A DNA stretch of 36,833 nt from a virus (lineage: Duplodnaviria; Heunggongvirae; Uroviricota; Caudoviricetes), in IMG/VR virus record IMGVR_UViG_2571042372_000004, positions 1 to 36,833 of that record. One strand, given 5' to 3'. The notes beneath the pieces are model-generated. The model ran no database searches and had not been told where the DNA came from. It worked only from the letters and a program-made list of their open reading frames with translations. Below, piece by piece: positions 27,768 through 36,515 of this stretch. The position numbers and the translations under genes were made by a program. Positions within the stretch are counted from its first letter, which is position 1. The number at the start of each line of letters is the position of its first letter.

Positions 27768-29987
27768 ATGGAACTTAAATTAAAGAATATAACCAGCTAT
27801 AAGAAAGATAGCTTCACGACTCTTAATCTCTCAAAAAAAATTAATATACTTTATGGTCACAACGGTTGTGGAAAATCAACCATATCTAATTATTTCTATA
27901 ATCCAAATAACACGGACTACAAAGAATGCGAATGTCCTTTCATAGATACTTTTCGCCTATTGGTTTATAATACTAAGTTTGTTGAGGATAATTTTTATAA
28001 TGCAAAAGAGCAAAAAGGAGTATTCACTTTAAGTAAGGAAAATGCTGACATTGAAAAAGAATTGTTGGAAAAAGAAGCTATAAGACAAGACCTACTTACA
28101 AAATACAAAGATAAAAAAAACGTTATTGAGCGTTTAATTAAAGATAAAAACAATAAAGAAAATGAATATATTGATTTAATATGGAATAAAGCAGAACCTT
28201 TTAGATCATCTGACTTAAAGAACTTGATGAAAGGTCAGTTAGGAAGCAAGAGATCATTTTATGAGCAAGTTAAAAAAGCCCCTCAAACCACTGACGTTAA
28301 CATCGAGTCACTTGCTCAAGAATATAGTATTCTTTTAAAGAACAAAGATAAATTCACTGCATCAATTACACCTTTAGAAAAATATATCATTTCAGAAAAA
28401 GATAAAGAATCTTTATCCACTCCGATTATAGACTCAAGTAATAGCTATTTGTCAGAAACAATTAAACAACTTCAAAACCTTGACTGGGTGAAAAAAGGGA
28501 AGGAATTATATTTAAATGGCACATGTTGCCCATTCTGCCAAGAAGACACTATTAAAGACAAATTTTTAGAAGCAATTGAATCTATCTTTGATGATAGCTA
28601 CTCCAAGAAAGTTGACCAAATACGCATTATCAGATCGTCTTATGAATCCGCTACCATAGATAATTTAAGAAAAATAAAACAAGAGATTTCATCTTGTGAA
28701 TTAATCACCTCAAAAGAAAAAGATATAACATCATCTCATATAGCGTTATTAGAGGAAATAGCAAACAAAAACTTAAAATTGATGTTAGATAAAATCAATA
28801 ACCCATCTATATCTATTATTTTGGAATCCAATAGCGACCTTGAAGCAAAGGTAGTTGATAATATAGCAGAGTACAACAATAGAATTAAAGAAATAAATAT
28901 TAAAGTCAAACAATTTAAGGATAGTGAAAAGTCTATACGTTACAAAATATGGGGAGCAATAAGAGAATTATGCAACGCTGAGTTTGAAGCTTTCTCAAAA
29001 TATGAGAATGACTATAAAATCATTTATGAACAATATCAACTTGAATTAAATACCATAAAAGAACAAGGAGATAACAATAGCAAAAAGATCAAAGAGCTAC
29101 GCGATCAAATATCTAACATTGATGCAACCATAGATTCTATAAATCAACGTCTAAAATTATTAGGAATTTATGGTTTTAGCATAAAAAAACACACTGAGAG
29201 CAATGATAAATATATTATATCACGTTCTGAAAACACAACAGATAAAGATGTATACAGATCTCTTAGCGAGGGTGAAAAAACTTTAATTACCTTTCTCTAC
29301 TTTCTGGAATGCTGTAAAGGTAAGACAGATAAGAATGATACGGATATGCGAGATGTATTTATCGTTATTGATGATCCAATATCCAGCCTCTCTCAAAATT
29401 ATGTGTACGATATTGCTTCAATAATTCACCATGAAATAATCAACAATAACAAAGCAGTAAAGAAAACATTAATACTCACACATAACCTTTATTTCTTTCA
29501 TGAACTTATCAAATTAGCTCCTAGAAGCAAAGAAGATAGAACATTCAAGCGTGATTATTATCTTGGACGAGTAACAAAAAATGAATATAGCATAATTACA
29601 GAAATAGAGAAAAAGAGCATTCAGAATGAATACCAGTCCCTATGGCAAGTATTAAAAGATGCGAAGGATGGAAGGGTAAATAAAGTTATAATACCTAACA
29701 TCATGAGAAATATACTGGAATACTACTTCGCATTTGTTCATAGAACGGATGCATTACAGACAGAGTTAAATAAACTTGCTAGCGATGATAAGAATAATGA
29801 TTTTAGAGCATTTTATAGATACATTAATAGAGGTTCCCATTCAGATGCAGTTAATATCACAGACATGGGAGATATATCTCCAGAGAAATATATGGAGCAA
29901 CTAAAAACCATTTTTCGTATGACTGGTGATGAAAAACATTATTTGAAAATGATGGACGAAGAGGAAGAGAAAACCGTTACCGCTTAG
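27768..29987 (+). CDS. ABC/Rad50-like ATPase with coiled-coil CxxC insert and C-terminal putative nuclease domain (RloC/PrrC-like); defence candidate at the tin/old position
   Basis: 739-aa ORF, extremely AT-rich, GAGG RBS. Walker A GHNGCGKST; ABC signature LSEGEK; Walker B DVFIVIDDP; H-loop-like LILTHNLYF. A long K/E-rich predicted coiled coil between Walker A and signature carries CPFC (zinc-hook-like). C-terminal segment has R-x3-E (RNILE) plus downstream His residues, reminiscent of the PrrC/RloC anticodon-nuclease triad. Confidence 0.85.
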   Translation: MELKLKNITSYKKDSFTTLNLSKKINILYGHNGCGKSTISNYFYNPNNTDYKECECPFIDTFRLLVYNTKFVEDNFYNAKEQKGVFTLSKENADIEKELLEKEAIRQDLLTKYKDKKNVIERLIKDKNNKENEYIDLIWNKAEPFRSSDLKNLMKGQLGSKRSFYEQVKKAPQTTDVNIESLAQEYSILLKNKDKFTASITPLEKYIISEKDKESLSTPIIDSSNSYLSETIKQLQNLDWVKKGKELYLNGTCCPFCQEDTIKDKFLEAIESIFDDSYSKKVDQIRIIRSSYESATIDNLRKIKQEISSCELITSKEKDITSSHIALLEEIANKNLKLMLDKINNPSISIILESNSDLEAKVVDNIAEYNNRIKEINIKVKQFKDSEKSIRYKIWGAIRELCNAEFEAFSKYENDYKIIYEQYQLELNTIKEQGDNNSKKIKELRDQISNIDATIDSINQRLKLLGIYGFSIKKHTESNDKYIISRSENTTDKDVYRSLSEGEKTLITFLYFLECCKGKTDKNDTDMRDVFIVIDDPISSLSQNYVYDIASIIHHEIINNNKAVKKTLILTHNLYFFHELIKLAPRSKEDRTFKRDYYLGRVTKNEYSIITEIEKKSIQNEYQSLWQVLKDAKDGRVNKVIIPNIMRNILEYYFAFVHRTDALQTELNKLASDDKNNDFRAFYRYINRGSHSDAVNITDMGDISPEKYMEQLKTIFRMTGDEKHYLKMMDEEEEKTVTA

Positions 29988-30234
29988 GCCGCATATCATC
30001 GGGTTGGGTAAGAACGACGGTGTTCACACACCGTCTCCCACTTACCGAAACGATAGCGATTGTACTGACGTACTTTCACTAACTTTAACATGAGATTATC
30101 TCCATGCCAGCACTATTGTTGCCAATAGCAGCCTTTACACCCTTTGTATAAAGCTAATACCAAGAGCAATGCAAGGATACCCCAAGCGGTAACTGGCGTG
30201 GATTCTAGAGCAGCCTAACTAAAAAATCAAAGCA

Positions 30235-32502
30235 TTAATTAAATCCCGGCCACTCATCATTTACCGGATACCTGAAGTTTACCCCCTCATAATTTACGGT
30301 TGCCCCACGCGCCAGCGCCTCAAGCTCCCATCGCTGAGGCCTGATACCGTTCTGACCAAGGTCAACGCGGATACGGGGGATTTGCATTCGTTCCGACCGG
30401 GTCAGTCTGGCCGAAGGCGCAATTTCATGCGGTTTTAACGGGCTTCCGTTTCTTTGCTGACGATTTGGTGTTCTCAGTTCGTGTTTTAATGCCCCCCTGA
30501 GCGCCCTCACGACATCCGGGTCATTCCATTCGATAACACCGTCATCGACCAGATTAAGCACGGCTGCGGCATGTTCAGAAGGTGTGGGAGCCGTTAACGA
30601 AGTATCACTGCCGGTGAACTTTCCACAGTTATTGACAGGACTCCGAGGCGCGGCGATGCCGCTTTTTAAAGTCAAAGGCTCAACGACCGGAACTTTCGGC
30701 ACAATGCGCCAGTCCGTCGTTCTGGTGATATGAATATGACGCGCGCCGAGATGCGGCGCGTAAATGCCGACCACTCTCTCGACTTCTTCCTCGTACTCGT
30801 TAACGTCATCCGACGGGCTACGGGCAACCCTGACAGTCTGACAATCGCGCGGGACATTTGCCCCACCCTGCGCGCTGATATACAACGCAAAATCACCACT
30901 GTCTGCGGCAGCGCGAGCAGCCTCGACGCGTTCGTCAAACTCATCAGCAATACTGACGCCGCGAGGCAATTTGCGTAGTTCACGGTAAGCCCCCATTGTC
31001 GGCAGTCCAACCGTTTTAAATTGCGGGATGCGCCACGTTGACGCCCATGCGGTAACAGCCGCGGCAGTATCTTTAAGCGGCTTACCGGTATCGTTATCGA
31101 GCTGACCATCCAGTGCATAGCCGTCGATATTTTTTGAAATGTATTTCGCGATATATCCCGCAGCACCGCCCCGGTTAAGGTGCTTTGCCTGAAAACGGTT
31201 TCGCGCTGCTCCTCTTTCGTCGCCATCCTCTTTGAGCGCATAGCGACGCATGATTTCGATAATCTGGTTACGCTGGCGCGAATTACAAAAAAGCATCATA
31301 TGCCAGTGCGGCGTTCCGTCGTGGTGTGGCTCGACGACACGCAAACCGTAGACCTGTAAATCATTATCCTTGAATGCCGTGCGCATCAGGCTCCAGATGC
31401 GGCAGAGATAACGCTGCGCATCCTTTGGATTAAATGCCTCATCGTTCCAGCCGTGATTAAGCTGAACGGTTTTACTTTCGCCTTTTCTGACCTGACGAGT
31501 CGGGTGATACTTTGACGGCGCAGTCAGCGTGATAAACATCCCCACATCACCCTCTGCGGCGGCGTAACGCTCAATACCGGCAATGGTGTTCATCAGCTCC
31601 ATCCGGCGAATTTCAGGATTAGAAATACTGCCCATCACCTTACTGATAAGGTCGATGCGCTCGCCGGTTTCCCTGTTTTCAAGGTCACACGATTTAAGAA
31701 ATTCCAGATTTGCCTGGCGGCGCGCACGCACATCACGAATGGCGTGTTTACTGGCATAAGGAGAACGGTCTTTATTGACCTCCCCGACAGCTATCAGTAA
31801 CGCTTCATGCCAGCGCATACGCTGGCCTTTAAGCTGATGAGTCCACCACTCATCGTTAAACAGACGGGCAATGGCAGAATATGCCTGCCTCGTGGTCATC
31901 TGCCCTTTACGGTATTTTTTCCAGTAGAGAGGGGAAATATTGAAAGCACGTGCAGCGCCAGCAACATGACCATAGAGGTGAGCCTGCGCCTCATCCGTAA
32001 ACAGCGATTCTTTTTCGCCATGCGCATCCACCCAGGCATCGCTGAGTTCCTCATACATCATGAAAAGCTGCGATGAGATACGGGCAGCAAACTTTTTCAG
32101 CTCCTTGTCATTCATTCCCGGCAGGCGCGCATAGTGGTCACGCTCTGCCAGAAACAGCAACGACGCGTCGGTGTTCATTTCATGGCGCTGATTCACACGC
32201 TCAATGCGCGGCCATAAACGACGCTGAAAAGTGGATGTGAGGAAATAAAACCCGTGTACCGGGCTTTTATTGCGCCGGATGTAGTCATAGCGTGAAGTAA
32301 ACAGCGAGCGCAAAAAGTAAGGCAGGCGGTTAATCGTGGATAAAACACCTTGCACCTGACGCATCTCGTCACGTGTAAGGGGTCTTTCGCGCCCGACGGC
32401 CTCGCGTGGCGCGTTCCATGCATAAGCACCGGTAAACGCCTTACCGGTGCCTGCAGCAAATGCTGAAGGAGGGACAAAACGCCCGGAGGCTTTAACGGCC
32501 AT
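30235..32502 (-). CDS. A: replication initiation endonuclease gpA (rolling-circle)
   Basis: 755-aa product with start set at the internal ATG (MAVKASGRFVPP...); the ORF track extends 14 codons upstream. P2 gpA size and synteny. Confidence 0.9.
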   Translation of the reverse strand: MAVKASGRFVPPSAFAAGTGKAFTGAYAWNAPREAVGRERPLTRDEMRQVQGVLSTINRLPYFLRSLFTSRYDYIRRNKSPVHGFYFLTSTFQRRLWPRIERVNQRHEMNTDASLLFLAERDHYARLPGMNDKELKKFAARISSQLFMMYEELSDAWVDAHGEKESLFTDEAQAHLYGHVAGAARAFNISPLYWKKYRKGQMTTRQAYSAIARLFNDEWWTHQLKGQRMRWHEALLIAVGEVNKDRSPYASKHAIRDVRARRQANLEFLKSCDLENRETGERIDLISKVMGSISNPEIRRMELMNTIAGIERYAAAEGDVGMFITLTAPSKYHPTRQVRKGESKTVQLNHGWNDEAFNPKDAQRYLCRIWSLMRTAFKDNDLQVYGLRVVEPHHDGTPHWHMMLFCNSRQRNQIIEIMRRYALKEDGDERGAARNRFQAKHLNRGGAAGYIAKYISKNIDGYALDGQLDNDTGKPLKDTAAAVTAWASTWRIPQFKTVGLPTMGAYRELRKLPRGVSIADEFDERVEAARAAADSGDFALYISAQGGANVPRDCQTVRVARSPSDDVNEYEEEVERVVGIYAPHLGARHIHITRTTDWRIVPKVPVVEPLTLKSGIAAPRSPVNNCGKFTGSDTSLTAPTPSEHAAAVLNLVDDGVIEWNDPDVVRALRGALKHELRTPNRQQRNGSPLKPHEIAPSARLTRSERMQIPRIRVDLGQNGIRPQRWELEALARGATVNYEGVNFRYPVNDEWPGFN

Positions 32503-32767
32503 ATGAGCCAAAAGCCTCTGAACAACGCCTGCTGAGTTGCTCAACCTGCGCGTTTAAATCAGCAAAAGACTTTGCGCTTCCGGTCAGAATATCGTGATGC
32601 ATCAGGCCGGAAACGAGCTGGCTTAATTTCGGATAATAACCAACCACCGCCAGCCATTCCTGACCGGCGTTTTTACCGCTTTCCGCTCTCTTTTTCTCGT
32701 GGAGAATAAACTGAAAGCTGTCACTGGTAACGACATAACGTTCGCCAATTTCAATACGAATACTCAT
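32492..32767 (-). CDS. small phage protein (P2 orf83 position)
   Basis: 91-aa ORF in the early operon between the TraR-like gene and A; position equivalent to P2 orf83. Confidence 0.6.
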   Translation of the reverse strand: MSIRIEIGERYVVTSDSFQFILHEKKRAESGKNAGQEWLAVVGYYPKLSQLVSGLMHHDILTGSAKSFADLNAQVEQLSRRCSEAFGSYGR

Positions 32768-32988
32768 GCCGTTCTCCGGTAATGTTTGTTTTTTGCTTCA
32801 AAGACTGACTGGCAGGAAACACAACGCGTGGCTGACGGATAAGCCGCACGACGGGCAGCAGGTATTGGCGCGTCACACTCTTCGCAAACCAGCGCAGAAG
32901 CACCGCAATGTTTTACCCTTGCCGCGTTAATCTGACGCTCCAGTAATTCAGCCTGTTGTTCCTGAATAAAATCTACGTTGTCCGGCAT
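32764..32988 (-). CDS. TraR/DksA-family C4 zinc-finger protein (P2 orf82 position)
   Basis: 74-aa ORF with CxxC...CxxC (CEECDAPIP...CVSCQ) at the C-terminus, typical of the TraR/DksA zinc finger. Confidence 0.7.
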   Translation of the reverse strand: MPDNVDFIQEQQAELLERQINAARVKHCGASALVCEECDAPIPAARRAAYPSATRCVSCQSVFEAKNKHYRRTA

Positions 32989-33293
32989 TACCAGCTCCTT
33001 TTGTCGTTAAGTTTTTTAAATTCATCAGCGCAATAGCTGGCAATTTCTGTCGTTAATTTCGTCAGTTCATCCACGGAGGAGATTTGCTTGTGAAATACAG
33101 CGCGTTTAACAAGTAAATTGACCACATCAGACAGGAGGTTTAATTCATTCTGATAAATCGCGATAACAGATTCAGTGATGTCGCGTTTTTCTTTATCAAG
33201 ACAAAGTTGAATAAGAGACAAATCGCCATTTTTCATAACGGCGATTTTTAAGGCGTTATTCAGTAATACAACTGAATGAGAACAGGACATCAA
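32988..33293 (-). CDS. hypothetical protein, AT-rich (P2 orf81 position)
   Basis: 101-aa ORF clearly more AT-rich than its GC-rich neighbours. Start overlaps the upstream stop (ATGA). Confidence 0.6.
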   Translation of the reverse strand: MMSCSHSVVLLNNALKIAVMKNGDLSLIQLCLDKEKRDITESVIAIYQNELNLLSDVVNLLVKRAVFHKQISSVDELTKLTTEIASYCADEFKKLNDKRSW

Positions 33294-33514
33294 AGCACCT
33301 CCCCGCGAGACAATCCGATATTGTGAAATTTTTCCGACTCCTGACTGAGCAGCTCGACTATCTCCACGCGGGATAACTCCGCCTTTGTGATGTGGCGAAT
33401 CATGGTGTCAAGATGAGAAGAAAAGCGCGTCGCAGCGTCAGCCTGTGCTTCGGTTCTGGCCTGTTGCAGCAGTAATGCGTATTTACCGCACTGATTTTCA
33501 GAAACTGTATGCAT
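33290..33514 (-). CDS. small phage protein (P2 orf80 position)
   Basis: 74-aa ORF immediately downstream of B in the early operon. Confidence 0.6.
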   Translation of the reverse strand: MHTVSENQCGKYALLLQQARTEAQADAATRFSSHLDTMIRHITKAELSRVEIVELLSQESEKFHNIGLSRGEVL

Positions 33515-33577
33515 GACTTTCTCCAGGCAAAAAGAAGCCCCGCACGATTAAGTGCGTTAAAAACTCTGGTTAATTAT

Positions 33578-34078
33578 TTAATGCAGATATTGCTCTGGTT
33601 TTACCGACGTCAGAATTGTCGGTGCATACTCAAACAGGCTGAATAATTCACGTAATGCACGGAATAAAGCATCACGCCAGTAACATGATTCTTCATTAAT
33701 TCGCCAGTATGGCTGGTTGAATTCTTTTTCAGTCAATCCGGCATGCATAAATAAAGTACGACGCTGACTGACTGTTAAAAAACTAATATATGCATACTCA
33801 CTTGCGCCAACCTGACGGCGTTTTGAGAATGCCCCACGCAATTCATCAATTGCACAAACCAGCCGTTCACGTTCGACGTCGTTCATTTCTTCAAAACGCA
33901 TCGTTGCGTGACGCTGTTTTAACTGCGCATGGAAGCAAACCGTTAACCGTTCGCGCTCCATCATCTGATTATAATAATCACATGTATCCTGCCAGCGAGG
34001 AACGGCAAGATGCTTACCAATTATCCGGCGCATAGCTGCTGGCTGTTTTTCAACGAGATTGAGCGTCATCACTGTCAT
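33578..34078 (-). CDS. B: replication protein gpB (helicase loader)
   Basis: 166-aa ORF; P2 gpB size and synteny. Confidence 0.85.
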   Translation of the reverse strand: MTVMTLNLVEKQPAAMRRIIGKHLAVPRWQDTCDYYNQMMERERLTVCFHAQLKQRHATMRFEEMNDVERERLVCAIDELRGAFSKRRQVGASEYAYISFLTVSQRRTLFMHAGLTEKEFNQPYWRINEESCYWRDALFRALRELFSLFEYAPTILTSVKPEQYLH

Positions 34079-34269
34079 TTCCAGACCCTCCGGCTTTTCA
34101 GAAAGGTCAGAGCCTTTTTTAACGGACTCTGTTTTTTGGTGCGGATAATGATTCCCTTACGCCCCTTACCGTGGGTGATGGTGAAGTCAATCGCCCTGGG
34201 GCTTTCGTTACGCAATAACTGAGCAATACAACGAGGCTCATTCATACGGTTCTCCTTAACGTGGTTCAC
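34075..34269 (-). CDS. small phage protein (P2 orf78 position)
   Basis: 64-aa ORF between cox and B, overlapping both by a few nt; basic. Confidence 0.5.
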   Translation of the reverse strand: MNHVKENRMNEPRCIAQLLRNESPRAIDFTITHGKGRKGIIIRTKKQSPLKKALTFLKSRRVWK

Positions 34270-34531
34270 CGAGACCTAACCACATCAACCAGCCGTCACG
34301 AATCTCTTTAGGACGGCTTTCATAAGCCAGTTTTAGTCCGTTATTCCATGCCGGAAGGTATACCCAATATTCACCAGCACGCCCCGATACTGACTGAGGG
34401 TCAGTAATCTCAATAACTGGTAATTTCCCTTTCTCAATCATGCCCCTTACAGCTCTTGGAGTTTTACCAATGAGTTTTGCAAACTCCTGATAAGGCACGG
34501 CATCAGTCACGCTTACAAGCTGTCTATTCAT
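34256..34531 (-). CDS. cox: Cox (excisionase and transcriptional regulator)
   Basis: 91-aa ORF ...VTDAVPYQEFAKLIGKTPRAVRGMIEKGKLPVIEITDPQSVSGRAGEYWVYLPAWNNGLKLAYESRPKEIRDGWLMWLGLGEPR, matching P2 Cox as I remember it. Divergent from C. Confidence 0.9.
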   Translation of the reverse strand: MNRQLVSVTDAVPYQEFAKLIGKTPRAVRGMIEKGKLPVIEITDPQSVSGRAGEYWVYLPAWNNGLKLAYESRPKEIRDGWLMWLGLGEPR

Positions 34532-34556
34532 CTGCTACGATTCTCCCTTAGTGCTT

Positions 34557-34575
34557 CTAATGGCTCCTAATGGCT
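34557..34575. promoter_or_regulatory. putative C-repressor operator: direct repeat ctaatggct x2 at 10-bp spacing
   Basis: ctaatggct at 34557..34565 and again at 34567..34575, in the divergent cox/C intergenic region. P2-type repressors bind direct repeats overlapping the early promoter. Confidence 0.5.
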
Positions 34576-34652
34576 AATTATTGCCTAAAAGGATAACTCC
34601 AGAAGCACAATATTTCACACCATCAGCAAGAAATTACGCAATCGGAGTAATT

Positions 34653-34952
34653 ATGTCAATAGACGTTTCGGAGAAGTTGAAGCTAATCCGTGAATCTGAA
34701 AGGTTAAACCGTAAAGAATTCAGTGAATTAACTGGTGTAGCCTACAGCTCACTTTCGAGCTATGAGAGCCGGTCAAAAAACGCTGGAGTTGAAGCCATAA
34801 TGAAGGTCTTACAACATCCCAGATTTACTAAATATACTTTGTGGTTCATGACTGATCAGGTAGCTCCAGAAGCCGGGCAAATTGCGCCCGCTCTCGCACA
34901 CTTTGGGCAAAACGAAACAACGTCGCCCCACTCCGGTCAAAAGACTGGTTAA
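34653..34952 (+). CDS. C: immunity repressor C
   Basis: Start set at ATG 34653 (GGAG RBS), 99 aa. C-terminus ...FTKYTLWFMTDQVAPEAGQIAPALAHFGQNETTSPHSGQKTG matches P2 C as recalled. Same strand as int. Confidence 0.85.
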   Translation: MSIDVSEKLKLIRESERLNRKEFSELTGVAYSSLSSYESRSKNAGVEAIMKVLQHPRFTKYTLWFMTDQVAPEAGQIAPALAHFGQNETTSPHSGQKTG

Positions 34953-35067
34953 CAATTTATCGTGAATATATTCATCACAAGTGCCTACTATTGGTGGCTA
35001 AATTTCAGCCACCACGAAAAAAGCGATTAGTAGTAGCAAAAAAAAGTACCACTCGGAGGGTTTTCTG

Positions 35068-36081
35068 ATGGCAATCAAAAAACTCGATGATGGTCGATAT
35101 GAAGTGGACATCCGCCCTACTGGACGTAACGGAAAACGCATCCGTAGGAAGTTTGATAAGAAAAGCGAAGCTGTCGCTTTCGAAAAATACACGTTGTACA
35201 ACCACCACAATAAAGAATGGCTATCAAAACCAACAGACAAACGACGTCTGTCGGAACTGACACAGATCTGGTGGGATTTAAAGGGTAAACACGAAGAGCA
35301 TGGGAAATCTAATCTTGGAAAAATTGAAATCTTCACAAAAATAACGAATGACCCATGCGCATTTCAAATCACGAAATCCCTTATCAGCCAGTACTGCGCC
35401 ACCCGAAGAAGTCAGGGTATTAAACCTTCGAGTATCAATCGTGATTTAACATGTATTAGCGGCATGTTTACAGCCCTGATTGAAGCGGAGTTATTCTTTG
35501 GTGAGCACCCTATCAGAGGGACAAAGAGGCTTAAGGAGGAAAAACCAGAAACAGGCTATCTCACACAGGAAGAAATTGCCTTACTGCTTGCAGCACTTGA
35601 CGGCGACAATAAAAAGATTGCGATTCTTTGCCTGAGTACAGGAGCACGTTGGGGAGAAGCAGCTCGTTTGAAAGCAGAAAATATCATCCATAACCGCGTA
35701 ACGTTTGTTAAAACGAAAACAAACAAACCACGCACCGTCCCGATCTCAGAGGCTGTTGCCAAAATGATCGCGGATAACAAACGAGGTTTTTTATTCCCTG
35801 ATGCTGATTACCCTCGCTTCAGACGAACAATGAAAGCAATAAAACCGGATTTGCCAACGGGGCAAGCCACACATGCACTAAGGCACAGCTTTGCCACTCA
35901 TTTCATGATTAATGGAGGAAGTATTATCACACTACAACGGATACTAGGTCACACGCGGATTGAGCAAACTATGGTTTACGCTCATTTTGCGCCAGAGTAC
36001 CTTCAGGACGCCATTTCTCTTAATCCGCTAAGAGGTGGTACTGAAGCCGAGAGTGTCCACACAGTGTCCACAGTAGAGTAA
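35068..36081 (+). CDS. int: tyrosine integrase (P2 Int family)
   Basis: 337-aa ORF with the tyrosine-recombinase C-terminal motif region (...HALRHSFATHFMINGGSIITLQRILGHTRIEQTMVYAHF...). Lies adjacent to the attR core. Confidence 0.95.
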   Translation: MAIKKLDDGRYEVDIRPTGRNGKRIRRKFDKKSEAVAFEKYTLYNHHNKEWLSKPTDKRRLSELTQIWWDLKGKHEEHGKSNLGKIEIFTKITNDPCAFQITKSLISQYCATRRSQGIKPSSINRDLTCISGMFTALIEAELFFGEHPIRGTKRLKEEKPETGYLTQEEIALLLAALDGDNKKIAILCLSTGARWGEAARLKAENIIHNRVTFVKTKTNKPRTVPISEAVAKMIADNKRGFLFPDADYPRFRRTMKAIKPDLPTGQATHALRHSFATHFMINGGSIITLQRILGHTRIEQTMVYAHFAPEYLQDAISLNPLRGGTEAESVHTVSTVE

Positions 36082-36160
36082 CGTTTAAGGGCTTTCAGTG
36101 GTAATTTATGCCGCTCAAACCCGCATTGTACCGTTGAAAGCCCCTACTGGTGACACCCTA

Positions 36161-36188
36161 AATCTCCCTTACACGGGCTTATTTTTTA
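36161..36188. repeat. attR core: 28-bp direct repeat aatctcccttacacgggcttatttttta
   Basis: Identical to 3209..3236; 80 bp downstream of the int stop. Confidence 0.85.
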
Positions 36189-36515
36189 TGCATAAGCCCT
36201 ATCCCTGGTCACCGTCTTCCATTGACCACATCGATAGAATCCTCCTTCATAGCACGATGCTTTTCACTTATCGACATCGTGCTCGCACAGGTTCCGGTTA
36301 CGCACAGCCAGAACGCGCATGTTTGACGCTTACCAAAAAATGAACCTAAAGCATTGGAACATTTTTGACATCATTTTCTGATGGCTGCATAAAATAAAAA
36401 TTCTGCTTTAGTTTCATCTATCTGTTTGTCATTATTACTCACATTCAATAATGGTGTTGAAGAATATCCCATCACAGATAAAATAAATATGTGCATGGTA
36501 GTCTTGAATCTATTC

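Larger units (their letters stand above)
3209..36188. mobile_element. P2-like prophage, apparently complete, integrated at the 3' end of cyaR
   Basis: Bounded by 28-bp direct repeats. Contains int, C, cox, B, A, cos, Q, P, O, N, M, L, X, lysis genes, R, S, V, W, J, I, H, G, FI, FII, E/E', T, U, D and ogr in P2 order, all as intact ORFs. Host genes yegQ and yegR flank it. Confidence 0.92.

Noticed and set aside
30672-31241. 189-aa alternative-frame ORF inside gene A
   Set aside because: Same-strand out-of-frame ORF within a conserved gene; Arg-rich translation typical of frame artefacts.
34964-35030. Hairpin TGGTGGCT-aaatttc-AGCCACCA between C and int as a possible terminator
   Set aside because: Not followed by a U-run on either strand, and C and int are expected to be co-transcribed; more likely a protein-binding or structural element. 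Not annotated.
36098-36343. 81-aa ORF spanning the attR core
   Set aside because: Crosses the phage-host junction, has no RBS and unusual composition; considered spurious.
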